Source: a virus (Duplodnaviria > Caudoviricetes). Taken from it: a stretch of DNA of 64,000 bases. Both the position numbers and the translations under genes were made by a program. The stretch spans positions 3,017 through 67,016 of the IMG/VR virus record IMGVR_UViG_3300020576_002828. One strand, given 5' to 3'. This document shows positions 7,880-15,263 of this stretch, piece by piece (positions within the stretch are counted from its first letter, which is position 1; each line of letters opens with the position of its first letter). Below the pieces are notes generated by a model. It saw only the letters and a program-made list of their open reading frames with translations. It made no database searches and had not been told where the DNA came from.

Positions 7880-8036
7880 GAGTAATACACCAGCGGTAGA
7901 TAGTTTCGTTGGCATTCCCACTCATTAAGTTAAACCGCATAAACGGGATAGACAAGACATCCGCTACCTGATGCCAGATTTCATGTTCTTGAGGCGACAT
8001 GAACTGATGCACCATACGGAATCGCTGTTTACGCAT
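7872..8036 (-). CDS. MRxQ micro-protein (MRKQ, 54 aa)
   Basis: ATGCGTAA overlap. Confidence 0.8.
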   Translation of the reverse strand: MRKQRFRMVHQFMSPQEHEIWHQVADVLSIPFMRFNLMSGNANETIYRWCITHA

Positions 8037-8214
8037 GCTGACGTTGAACGAGGTATGCGATAGTATACACGTCGAACATAGTATCACGAAGATACCCAAA
8101 CACACGGTCTACGGCACATAATTGCGCTTTCGGTGTTTGGACATTTACACGATGATAGGTGTCTTTTTCGTATCTGGAGAGGATGCCGAGTTTATGGTAT
8201 GCTTGTTTACGCAT
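8029..8214 (-). CDS. MRxQ micro-protein (MRKQ, 61 aa)
   Basis: ATGCGTAA overlap. Confidence 0.8.
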   Translation of the reverse strand: MRKQAYHKLGILSRYEKDTYHRVNVQTPKAQLCAVDRVFGYLRDTMFDVYTIAYLVQRQHA

Positions 8215-8389
8215 TGAAGACGGCCCGTTCATAGCGTCGTCCATATACTATGTGTTGATCTACGTAGCCGAATACGAAATTGGCCATCGTCCGTACATTC
8301 GATGGATTAAATGGGGTGAGCGAACCGAAAATACGATGTTCCATGTCTCCATATATCCCCATTGTGGTGTTCTTATGTTGTTTACGCAT
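8207..8389 (-). CDS. MRxQ micro-protein (MRKQ, 60 aa)
   Basis: paralog of 7697-7879. Confidence 0.8.
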   Translation of the reverse strand: MRKQHKNTTMGIYGDMEHRIFGSLTPFNPSNVRTMANFVFGYVDQHIVYGRRYERAVFNA

Positions 8390-8564
8390 GTTTCCCCATC
8401 GCATGATAGTAATCTCGTCCGTCTGTGGTGGTGAATGCAATTTTTGAATGTACTTCATCTGCCCACTTCCGTAGTTTGCGTTGCGGGTGTGCATGGATTG
8501 ATATAAAAATAGACGCTTCCTTGGGTGAATATATGCCAAATTTGACGAAATACTGTTTCTGCAT
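8382..8564 (-). CDS. MRxQ micro-protein (MQKQ, 60 aa)
   Basis: first gene of cluster; shares GIY and GRxY with neighbours. Confidence 0.8.
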   Translation of the reverse strand: MQKQYFVKFGIYSPKEASIFISIHAHPQRKLRKWADEVHSKIAFTTTDGRDYYHAMGKHA

Positions 8565-8626
8565 ATAGGGGGAGGGGTATCCGCGTGTGGTCTATCTGAG
8601 TGTGACAAAATATTCGGGAAATATAA

Positions 8627-8686
8627 TCGGTCAAAAAGTCCACCGATTCGGTCAAAAAGTCCACCGATTCGGTCAAAAAGTCCACC
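8627..8686. repeat. 21-bp tandem repeat TCGGTCAAAAAGTCCACCGAT x ~2.9
   Basis: exact copies 8627, 8648, 8669 (partial); further TCGGTCAAAA near 8715. Confidence 0.95.
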
Positions 8687-8733
8687 TAAAAACCCCTATT
8701 TTCTGGTATACATCGGTCAAAATGACTGACCTA

Positions 8734-8952
8734 TCAAGTTAGCGTGACACGATGTGGGAGGAAGGAGTCAACATGCGCTCGCACAACACGCGTCACTTCC
8801 ATATACAAGGTATCAGAAAAGACCCCTTGGATCGGGTAATTGCACACGAGGGTGGTACTATCTACGAACACCACATTCACGGCATGGTGGCATCGATGGG
8901 TTTTCTCAAAGGCGTCCATGATACCAAGAAGATGTTGTCGTTGTTTTCTCAT
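8734..8952 (-). CDS. MRxQ micro-protein (MRKQ, 72 aa)
   Basis: ATGA overlap; paralog of 9077-9295. Confidence 0.8.
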   Translation of the reverse strand: MRKQRQHLLGIMDAFEKTHRCHHAVNVVFVDSTTLVCNYPIQGVFSDTLYMEVTRVVRAHVDSFLPHRVTLT

Positions 8953-9080
8953 GAGTGACGTATATACCGATGTACTGCCGCAAAGATTCGAAAGGATTGA
9001 TACAACGTCCACCAGAAAGTATATCCTCTAGGTACTATATACTCAATGGCGTAATACAACACAGGAGTTTGTTTTCTCAT
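8949..9080 (-). CDS. MRxQ micro-protein (MRKQ, 43 aa)
   Basis: ATGA overlaps at both ends. Confidence 0.75.
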   Translation of the reverse strand: MRKQTPVLYYAIEYIVPRGYTFWWTLYQSFRIFAAVHRYIRHS

Positions 9081-9295
9081 GGAAGACCCCCACGCAGTAC
9101 GCCCACGAGGTAGCTACGCATCCCTCGAATCACCCCGGCATATAACTCATCATAAAACGTCATCGGAATAGGGCGTGTACACCGAAGTTGAAAGGTCGCG
9201 ACATTAGAATATGCAACATTCACGCTGTGCCGAAGCCGATGCTGCCATTCCATGTATTCCATAAAGCCCATCTGATGTGCGGATTGTTTTCTCAT
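9077..9295 (-). CDS. MRxQ micro-protein (MRKQ, 72 aa)
   Basis: paralog of 8734-8952. Confidence 0.8.
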   Translation of the reverse strand: MRKQSAHQMGFMEYMEWQHRLRHSVNVAYSNVATFQLRCTRPIPMTFYDELYAGVIRGMRSYLVGVLRGGLP

Positions 9296-9414
9296 GACCG
9301 GAGGGTGGTATGGAGTGCGAGTTGGAGTATAAGACAAATATACTCCAAATGGTTCCGTGTACAGAAGAACGGTGTCGGCAATAATGGGATATGGCGGATG
9401 GTCTGGTAGGTCAT
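9292..9414 (-). CDS. MRxQ-family micro-protein (MTYQ, 40 aa)
   Basis: ATGA overlaps at both ends. Confidence 0.7.
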   Translation of the reverse strand: MTYQTIRHIPLLPTPFFCTRNHLEYICLILQLALHTTLRS

Positions 9415-9587
9415 GGTAGTACTAATCCCTTCCACAGCGCATGTTGCAGGGTAGGAAAGAAATATGGACCAAGTCGCCAACTCCGAGATAGCCGGTCCCA
9501 GAGCTTCCGATGCCATGAAGTAGACGTAATCTCATCACCAGACAGGAAGAACACCACATACCGAGGGTGATACTTCTGTTTTCTCAT
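9411..9587 (-). CDS. MRxQ micro-protein (MRKQ, 58 aa)
   Basis: ATGA overlaps. Confidence 0.8.
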   Translation of the reverse strand: MRKQKYHPRYVVFFLSGDEITSTSWHRKLWDRLSRSWRLGPYFFPTLQHALWKGLVLP

Positions 9588-9748
9588 GAGCGGATCACCC
9601 CGAACAGCCGGTGATTTTCTGAAAAGAGCAAGAAGGTGGGATGGGTATAATGTAACCTATACCATAGATGGGTCAACCCATTTGGTGTGAGTGTGACCGC
9701 ACGATGAAAGCGATAAGGATGATGGATGGCGAGGGTTTGGTGTCTCAT
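9584..9748 (-). CDS. MRxQ micro-protein (MRHQTLAI, 54 aa)
   Basis: ATGA overlaps. Confidence 0.8.
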   Translation of the reverse strand: MRHQTLAIHHPYRFHRAVTLTPNGLTHLWYRLHYTHPTFLLFSENHRLFGVIRS

Positions 9749-9909
9749 GAAAAAATATCGTAGATGGCCCACCGCAGATCGGTTATATAGGTATCACTCT
9801 GTTGCAATACACTAGAAAAACAGATCTTATTCCAGACATTGCGGTGAAACTGCGTCGGGGAGATGATCGCAAATGTACTATGACGGATGGCAAGGGTTTG
9901 GTGTCTCAT
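9745..9909 (-). CDS. MRxQ micro-protein (MRHQTLAI, 54 aa)
   Basis: ATGA overlaps. Confidence 0.8.
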   Translation of the reverse strand: MRHQTLAIRHSTFAIISPTQFHRNVWNKICFSSVLQQSDTYITDLRWAIYDIFS

Positions 9910-10070
9910 GAGCCTATAGGTCGCTGCATCCCATACATGACAGTCCGATGGGTACCGAACCATAATTGATAAAAGATCTTATCCCAGATCAGACGATGAT
10001 ATGACGTAGGGGTGATCTGAGCACAATCTGTTAAGGTACGACGACGGATAGTAAGGGTTTGCCGTCTCAT
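9906..10070 (-). CDS. MRxQ micro-protein (MRRQTLTI, 54 aa)
   Basis: ATGA overlap downstream. Confidence 0.8.
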   Translation of the reverse strand: MRRQTLTIRRRTLTDCAQITPTSYHRLIWDKIFYQLWFGTHRTVMYGMQRPIGS

Positions 10071-10178
10071 GATAAAAGAGGGGTGGTGATCCGAGTAATC
10101 AGCCGCCAGAGTTCCCATTTTTGCATGGTTGCATCTGACCGGTTCCACTTCTGATAAAAGAACCGTTTACGATCTCAT
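10067..10178 (-). pseudogene. broken array unit (ATG AGA TCG TAA at junction; orphan open frame)
   Basis: junction ATG followed by TAA at the Gln4 position; frame of the upstream gene stays open past its TGA to the next ATGA junction. Confidence 0.55.
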
Positions 10179-10336
10179 TTGGGGAAGACCGTCCAATAAA
10201 AATCGACAAAGATCCGAAACTGAGGAACTTTCAGTTGGAACGCGTATCGGACGTATGGGTTATCGTCGGGGAGTATCGGAAGGTATGGAGATATCATACA
10301 CCGTCTAATCCATGGATTTTGGGTTTGTCGTCTCAT
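10175..10336 (-). CDS. MRxQ micro-protein (MRRQ, 53 aa)
   Basis: ATGA overlap. Confidence 0.75.
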   Translation of the reverse strand: MRRQTQNPWIRRCMISPYLPILPDDNPYVRYAFQLKVPQFRIFVDFYWTVFPK

Positions 10337-10485
10337 AGGACAAAGACATAGTTATGGACGCTCCATCGAAACATAACGATCTCTGTAAAGAAACGCAAAT
10401 ACGCCGGATAGTATGCAGACCACACGGCTGGAAACTTGGTGGTGGTAGGTAGGGACCGGTCGAAACAGATGCGTTGCTGTCTCAT
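10333..10485 (-). CDS. MRxQ micro-protein (MRQQ, 50 aa)
   Basis: ATGA overlaps. Confidence 0.8.
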   Translation of the reverse strand: MRQQRICFDRSLPTTTKFPAVWSAYYPAYLRFFTEIVMFRWSVHNYVFVL

Positions 10486-10646
10486 GTGAAGAACAACGTA
10501 TGTGTGATACCGTCACGAGCCATCACCGTAATCGTCATAAGGCGTCTATATATTGCGAATCGACGTTGATGATGTTGCACCAACTGAGAGAGGGTTTGGT
10601 TCAGGTGGGTATACATCAAATATCGACGATTGGTTTGCTGTCTCAT
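10482..10646 (-). CDS. MRxQ micro-protein (MRQQ, 54 aa)
   Basis: ATGA overlaps. Confidence 0.8.
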   Translation of the reverse strand: MRQQTNRRYLMYTHLNQTLSQLVQHHQRRFAIYRRLMTITVMARDGITHTLFFT

Positions 10647-10810
10647 CGGTTGTGTAGATCGACAATATGACTCCACAATATCTCAAACCGTAACACCGCA
10701 AAAAATCTCCATAGCAGGTTATTGGTGGTATACCGGTAAAATGCGGAGTTTTCTGGTATGTCGGCGATGAGATGTTGCCGACGACTGATGGCAAGCGTTT
10801 GGTGTCTCAT
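10643..10810 (-). CDS. MRxQ micro-protein (MRHQTLAI, 55 aa)
   Basis: ATGA overlaps. Confidence 0.8.
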   Translation of the reverse strand: MRHQTLAISRRQHLIADIPENSAFYRYTTNNLLWRFFAVLRFEILWSHIVDLHNR

Positions 10811-10959
10811 GAGAAGTGACGAACTTGAATGATCCACCACAAGATATTCCGAAGCCCACTGAATTGCCCGATGATATTGGGGGTAGTGAGATTGAACCAC
10901 CAATAAAACTCGTTGGGGTGGTGTCGGGCGTTAAGAATATTGAAACGTTGATGTCTCAT
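10807..10959 (-). CDS. MRxQ micro-protein (MRHQ, 50 aa)
   Basis: ATGA overlaps. Confidence 0.8.
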   Translation of the reverse strand: MRHQRFNILNARHHPNEFYWWFNLTTPNIIGQFSGLRNILWWIIQVRHFS

Positions 10960-11120
10960 CGGAATGTACTCTTAGCAACGAACTGACCAGACTCTTTGAC
11001 ATACCATATGAGAAGTTTAACCCGAAAGAGGGCATGGCATAATGTCTGGTACATATACCACTGAGGGGTAGACGCGGTGTTACAGTAGCCGACTTCAATC
11101 CGAAGAGTCTGCTGTCTCAT
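10956..11120 (-). CDS. MRxQ micro-protein (MRQQ, 54 aa)
   Basis: ATGA overlaps. Confidence 0.8.
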   Translation of the reverse strand: MRQQTLRIEVGYCNTASTPQWYMYQTLCHALFRVKLLIWYVKESGQFVAKSTFR

Positions 11121-11269
11121 GGTCGTCGGATAACGCGTCGGAGGGTGACCCGCATTCGCCACTGTTGCATGATGCCGGGATGATACCAATCCCCGATCAC
11201 ATCATAGAACGGTATCCAGACGATGCCGGTGAGAATCGGTTTGAGGGTGTAAAGCTGTTGTAGACGCAT
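11117..11269 (-). CDS. MRxQ micro-protein (MRLQ, 50 aa)
   Basis: start lies inside upstream ORF whose junction stop is lost. Confidence 0.75.
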   Translation of the reverse strand: MRLQQLYTLKPILTGIVWIPFYDVIGDWYHPGIMQQWRMRVTLRRVIRRP

Positions 11270-11423
11270 TAGTAATACTAACCCACCCCGCATCCCATCG
11301 CAAGGCACCCATGAGTTGACCGATGGGAGTTGTGTATACGATTCGTGCGTAATTAACAATATGTTCTAATATACCATCGGTTTCGAAATGCGTCCGAATT
11401 GGACATCGATGTTGGTGTCTCAT
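11202..11423 (-). CDS. MRxQ micro-protein (MRHQ, 73 aa, C-terminally extended)
   Basis: reads through junction ...TNA-S. Confidence 0.75.
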   Translation of the reverse strand: MRHQHRCPIRTHFETDGILEHIVNYARIVYTTPIGQLMGALRWDAGWVSITNASTTALHPQTDSHRHRLDTVL

Positions 11424-11593
11424 GAAAATAGTTCGACAAACATACTTCCACAGATATCATTAATCTCGTCTGGGCGGAATGCGTTATAAATGTGACTGCG
11501 TATCTCGGAGGGGACCGACAGCCAAATCGCATCCCAGTTGGCATACATCGGTTTATGGCGAAGCGCGGTATATAGAGAGCGTTGCTGTCTCAT
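11420..11593 (-). CDS. MRxQ micro-protein (MRQQ, 57 aa)
   Basis: ATGA overlaps. Confidence 0.8.
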   Translation of the reverse strand: MRQQRSLYTALRHKPMYANWDAIWLSVPSEIRSHIYNAFRPDEINDICGSMFVELFS

Positions 11594-11778
11594 GGGCGGC
11601 GTACTATAGTATCTGTGATGGCGCGAGAGACATCAACTCGCACAACGGACTTCACACTTTTGAGTGCCAACAGCGGATTGGTGATGGTATATACGTCAGA
11701 GCGCCAACCGATGGTGGTCTTCCGGTGTATGCTCACCCAGTTAGGACGGTATACCTGCACATAATGTTGGTGTCTCAT
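11590..11778 (-). CDS. MRxQ micro-protein (MRHQ, 62 aa)
   Basis: ATGA overlaps. Confidence 0.8.
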   Translation of the reverse strand: MRHQHYVQVYRPNWVSIHRKTTIGWRSDVYTITNPLLALKSVKSVVRVDVSRAITDTIVRRP

Positions 11779-11954
11779 AGTTCGATCCATATACGCATCG
11801 CAGCGCCCATAGAATGTATTGAGATACGTTTAAACGCAAACAGTGGTTCTAGTATGACGTACATATCATATCGTATTGAACTATGGGTGGCACATCGAAT
11901 GCAATCCCATATTGATTCGGTTGTGTATACGCTAATTCGACGTTGGTGTCTCAT
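11775..11954 (-). CDS. MRxQ micro-protein (MRHQ, 59 aa)
   Basis: ATGA overlaps. Confidence 0.8.
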   Translation of the reverse strand: MRHQRRISVYTTESIWDCIRCATHSSIRYDMYVILEPLFAFKRISIHSMGAAMRIWIEL

Positions 11955-12112
11955 CGATGCACACTCTGCCATAGTGCTGCCGTGACCCCTACTTCCACAA
12001 GATCATCCGTCGTACGATAGATGGCTACGCGCACTTCCAGTTCACTATAGGCTTTTATCTGTCGCCATAATGAAGGAGATGCACCCACTGAACTGATCGA
12101 TTGGCGTCTCAT
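11951..12112 (-). CDS. MRxQ micro-protein (MRRQ, 53 aa)
   Basis: ATGA overlaps. Confidence 0.8.
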   Translation of the reverse strand: MRRQSISSVGASPSLWRQIKAYSELEVRVAIYRTTDDLVEVGVTAALWQSVHR

Positions 12113-12258
12113 CGGAAAATACGCTCCCATGAAATATTATCGTGGGATAAATCGGGTATGCGGATGATGGGCTGACGCATAATGACCTTCCAGTATCGAA
12201 TGCGAAGATGCACTAGATAATACTGTCGTACGGTGCGAATACACGATTGATGTCTCAT
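12109..12258 (-). CDS. MRxQ micro-protein (MRHQ, 49 aa)
   Basis: ATGA overlaps. Confidence 0.8.
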   Translation of the reverse strand: MRHQSCIRTVRQYYLVHLRIRYWKVIMRQPIIRIPDLSHDNISWERIFR

Positions 12259-12431
12259 GTGGACGGGCGATGAGTATAGGTCTGTAACGTAAAGATGATG
12301 GTGATAATCGATCCACATGTGCGTTGAACGCCAACGGCGATGCGGTGGGCGACATATGTATCGACAGGAATCATCTCACGACAGTGTAATTCTGTCCAGA
12401 GGATGGTGCGGTTGACGGGTTGGCGTCTCAT
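12255..12431 (-). CDS. MRxQ micro-protein (MRRQ, 58 aa)
   Basis: ATGA overlaps. Confidence 0.8.
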   Translation of the reverse strand: MRRQPVNRTILWTELHCREMIPVDTYVAHRIAVGVQRTCGSIITIIFTLQTYTHRPST

Positions 12432-12619
12432 TTAGACCACCACCGGTATAGGGACGTGAGCTTCCCACGGAGCGTATTGATGTGTATCTGGATCGGATGC
12501 TGCACACCATAGTATGCACGGTTACGTAATCGGTAAGCAACCCGACGAGACACCGGCATCATACTATCGCGGTAAATGTTGATGAAGATGTCTTCCCAGA
12601 CGTTGTGTTGTTTGCGCAT
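12428..12619 (-). CDS. MRxQ micro-protein (MRKQ, 63 aa)
   Basis: 28-nt gap upstream, ATGA overlap downstream. Confidence 0.8.
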   Translation of the reverse strand: MRKQHNVWEDIFINIYRDSMMPVSRRVAYRLRNRAYYGVQHPIQIHINTLRGKLTSLYRWWSK

Positions 12620-12647
12620 CCCTGAAACCTAACCCGTACCCGATGAA

Positions 12648-12842
12648 TCACAAGATGGGAATCGTGATCCGGTGTCTAATCTCGTTGGTGGGTGGGAGGC
12701 GAGTGTGAAAATAACGAGTAATCTTCCGGCGATATACAACTAGTGGATGATTCCATATGGTATACGGAAAATCCACACCAGCATACACTCTACCCCGCAC
12801 CCTACCAGAAACCCGTTCAGACAGATTCTGTTGTTTAGTCAT
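12648..12842 (-). CDS. MRxQ-family micro-protein (MTKQ, 64 aa)
   Basis: ATGACTAA overlap. Confidence 0.75.
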   Translation of the reverse strand: MTKQQNLSERVSGRVRGRVYAGVDFPYTIWNHPLVVYRRKITRYFHTRLPPTNEIRHRITIPIL

Positions 12843-13017
12843 ATGACCCAAAGTGAGCGATCCAGTCAGGTGTTGGATACCGTGAAATGGAAACAATGAA
12901 TACTGCTTTCCACGGATAATTCCACGCGAGACTATATATGTCAGCGTCTCTATTGTATATACGTGCCCGCATCTGATCTTTTATATAACTGATGGGGATA
13001 TTCGTCTGGTTACGCAT
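12835..13017 (-). CDS. MRxQ micro-protein (MRNQ, 60 aa)
   Basis: ATGCGTAA overlap. Confidence 0.8.
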   Translation of the reverse strand: MRNQTNIPISYIKDQMRARIYNRDADIYSLAWNYPWKAVFIVSISRYPTPDWIAHFGSYD

Positions 13018-13189
13018 AATAACGGTACATGAGTTGATAATAACCTCGCACGCGTGTCAACATCAGCGTGATAGGACGTGTCTTGGCATCGACGCGATGA
13101 TCAATAGCTCTGATAAATGGTACCCGACTATCCTTGGTAAACAACGGAATAGCTGGTGTGATGTTACTGATGGCGGTTTGAACGCGCAT
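13010..13189 (-). CDS. MRxQ micro-protein (MRVQ, 59 aa)
   Basis: start inside upstream ORF whose junction stop is lost. Confidence 0.75.
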   Translation of the reverse strand: MRVQTAISNITPAIPLFTKDSRVPFIRAIDHRVDAKTRPITLMLTRVRGYYQLMYRYYA

Positions 13190-13325
13190 AGTCTTCAACG
13201 AGATATCGGAAAATCCAGTACCGATGGGAAAACAGGTTGTTTACCAATGGCTGAGGTACACGGTATTGCACTATTGAAAACAACCGCCGAGTGCTAATAC
13301 CAGACACATACTGTTGGTTACGCAT
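13164..13325 (-). CDS. MRxQ micro-protein (MRNQ, 53 aa)
   Basis: reads through junction ...DYA-R. Confidence 0.75.
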   Translation of the reverse strand: MRNQQYVSGISTRRLFSIVQYRVPQPLVNNLFSHRYWIFRYLVEDYARSNRHQ

Positions 13326-13515
13326 AAAACTTGGCCATCACGTCGATTTTAATGTCCATCAACGATACCACGAAGCGACCGAGTGGCAGCTTTATCTTTA
13401 GTTGTTCCACACCAGCCAAGAATATCGTCACGTCGCGTGGGAATCTGGAATCGGTGATGGAATAGAATGATGGCCGCATCGTTCCTACTGATCGACAGAG
13501 GGCCTGTTTACACAT
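13318..13515 (-). CDS. MRxQ-family micro-protein (MCKQ, 65 aa)
   Basis: ATGTGTAA overlap. Confidence 0.75.
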   Translation of the reverse strand: MCKQALCRSVGTMRPSFYSITDSRFPRDVTIFLAGVEQLKIKLPLGRFVVSLMDIKIDVMAKFYA

Positions 13516-13714
13516 CCGGATCACCCATCCAACTCCAAAAATGAACCCACAGAGGGCGTAGAACCGTATTCCATGTATCATCCCAAATCGGTTCGTCCAC
13601 ATCGGCACTGATTTTACACCATATCAGTTCAGTCGTCTGACTATATGCCCGATCTTGAATAGCGAGAAGGAAACGCGTCGACTGATTAAATTTCCGGAGT
13701 CGTTGGTTACGCAC
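13508..13714 (-). CDS. MRxQ micro-protein (GTG start, RNQ, 68 aa)
   Basis: GTGCGTAA overlap. Confidence 0.75.
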   Translation of the reverse strand: MRNQRLRKFNQSTRFLLAIQDRAYSQTTELIWCKISADVDEPIWDDTWNTVLRPLWVHFWSWMGDPDV

Positions 13715-13913
13715 GAGTAGATATGGGGATGGACCGACAGTATGAAATTAAATCGGCGTCGAAAATATTACTGACGTATAACTGCAGAGAACGATTGGCC
13801 GGGATGCCGAGGCCAGCGATATACCCGATCAAATATGGTGGGGTGATCCATCGCGGCGAAATACCGCATACTACAGTGTTGCGAGGCCGAAACGCGGTTG
13901 TCTGGGTGCGCAT
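13707..13913 (-). CDS. MRxQ micro-protein (MRTQ, 68 aa)
   Basis: first gene after leftward promoter. Confidence 0.8.
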   Translation of the reverse strand: MRTQTTAFRPRNTVVCGISPRWITPPYLIGYIAGLGIPANRSLQLYVSNIFDADLISYCRSIPISTRA

Positions 13914-13933
13914 GGGATGATGGATAGGTGTCC

Positions 13934-13965
13934 TTGACAATACTCCAATACTTCGTAGATTGCAA
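13934..13965. promoter_or_regulatory. overlapping divergent promoters: TTGACA-N16-TAGATT (+) and TTGCAA-N17-TATTGT (-)
   Basis: + hexamers 13934-39 and 13956-61; - hexamers 13965-60 and 13942-37. Confidence 0.65.
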
Positions 13966-14007
13966 GAGTGGACCAGTAGGTGCATTCACCTCTTTCTTTT
14001 TCATACC

Positions 14008-14586
14008 ATGGATACGATCAACGAACTACTCTCTACCGTGGATAAGCAGATTGCCCAAGGCACTGCTGAACTGGCGATACTGAAAACGGCCAAACGCCAG
14101 TTGGACGCCATTCCATCCGATGGACCCGTCCGTGATACCCCGCCCAAGAAACGTGCGGGTCGACCCAAGGGATCGAAGAATCTGACCCCGGCTGAACGTG
14201 TGAATAAGAAAGCGGCCAAGCCATCATCCACGGGGCGTCCAAAGGGTCGACCGAAGGGATCGAAAAATCTGACCCCGGCTGAACGGGAAGCCCGCAAGTT
14301 GGCGAAGAAGGCGGGATCGATGGTGTCAGCCGCTACATCATCGGATGTCGAGTTGGCCGAAGTCAGTGCACCCGTTGAACCGTCGCCCATCATCGATCAG
14401 TCCGCACCGGTAGTAGAATCTGCCGCACCATCCAGCCCATGGTCCCCGCCATCGGATGCCGTGGTTGAAACGCCGTATGCACCGGAAGTGGTCGACGAAG
14501 AAGCCCCGTCTGCCCCTATGTATATGGAACAGCCGACCGCAGGATTCCAGAGCAAGGAAGATCTGTTGAACGCTTCGCAGCAGTAG
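14008..14586 (+). CDS. coiled-coil + AT-hook DNA-binding protein (paralog 2) with Pro/Ala/acidic tail
   Basis: two GRPKGSKNLTPAER repeats plus GRPK; N-terminal helix like 5157-5411. Confidence 0.8.
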   Translation: MDTINELLSTVDKQIAQGTAELAILKTAKRQLDAIPSDGPVRDTPPKKRAGRPKGSKNLTPAERVNKKAAKPSSTGRPKGRPKGSKNLTPAEREARKLAKKAGSMVSAATSSDVELAEVSAPVEPSPIIDQSAPVVESAAPSSPWSPPSDAVVETPYAPEVVDEEAPSAPMYMEQPTAGFQSKEDLLNASQQ

Positions 14587-14599
14587 GGGTCACGTAGAT

Positions 14600-14626
14600 A
14601 TGGGCATGGAGAATAACCGTGCCCAT
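14600..14626 (+). other. hairpin between AT-hook gene and tRNA
   Basis: ATGGGCATGG-N7-CCGTGCCCAT. Confidence 0.5.
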
Positions 14627-14632
14627 TCTATT

Positions 14633-14706
14633 GGTCTGGTAGCTTAGTCGGTTAAAGCGCCTGACTCATAATCAGGGGATCGTGGGTTCAAGTCCCACCC
14701 AGACCA
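14633..14706 (+). tRNA. tRNA-CAU (elongator Met or Ile2), CCA not encoded
   Basis: acceptor GGTCTGG/CCAGACC, anticodon arm CCTGA-CTCATAA-TCAGG, T arm GTGGG-TTCAAGT-CCCAC; G1-C72 excludes initiator. Confidence 0.93.
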
Positions 14707-14709
14707 CTT

Positions 14710-14916
14710 ATGCGCACACAAGAGAATCTCTCATTTAGTGTATCGGTACAACCGAACATCGATATATACCAAGCCTACCGCGTAGCAAGTCGTATTCATC
14801 CGGTCGCAGACGTGGCATATGATACATGCATTTCAACCCGAACAGAAAATAGTAAGCTGTCTCGCTGGACACATGAAGTACGGATAGATCTCAAAGAGGC
14901 GTTGTTCGATGCGTAA
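14710..14916 (+). CDS. MRxQ micro-protein (MRTQ, 68 aa)
   Basis: starts 3 nt after tRNA. Confidence 0.8.
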   Translation: MRTQENLSFSVSVQPNIDIYQAYRVASRIHPVADVAYDTCISTRTENSKLSRWTHEVRIDLKEALFDA

Positions 14917-15094
14917 TCAAAAACTTCAAATATACACCATCGAACTTAGACCCCATAGTATATTGACAGACGCGGTTATGCGTCGTCATCCCGGCTTTTG
15001 GACACGTCTGTATAACCAAGCGCCGATTAAACAGACACCGTGGAAGCATTGGGTGTCGGGTATACCGGGATACGACGGAAGCTTTCATGCGTAA
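14909..15094 (+). CDS. MRxQ micro-protein (MRNQ, 61 aa)
   Basis: ATGCGTAA overlap. Confidence 0.8.
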   Translation: MRNQKLQIYTIELRPHSILTDAVMRRHPGFWTRLYNQAPIKQTPWKHWVSGIPGYDGSFHA

Positions 15095-15263
15095 ACAGAT
15101 CTTACTATCAGACAATATCGACCTAGAACAGCATACACAATTACATCGTACCTTCGGTCGTATCGCATGGCAGCGTGTAGAAAAACATGCCCCATTCCGT
15201 ACACTCAAATGGGCATCAGCCATGATTGTGCCGATACGATTAAAAGTATTTTTTCATGCGTAG
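15087..15263 (+). CDS. MRxQ micro-protein (MRKQ, 58 aa)
   Basis: ATGCGTAA overlap. Confidence 0.8.
   Translation: MRKQILLSDNIDLEQHTQLHRTFGRIAWQRVEKHAPFRTLKWASAMIVPIRLKVFFHA

Noticed and set aside
4999-8579. TACCCC(C)TCCCCCTAT at 4999 (+) and 8565-8579 (-)
   Set aside because: Only two low-complexity copies; may be chance
12672-12680. ATTAGACAC as a decayed MRH junction
   Set aside because: No Gln4 and it lies within an intact ORF
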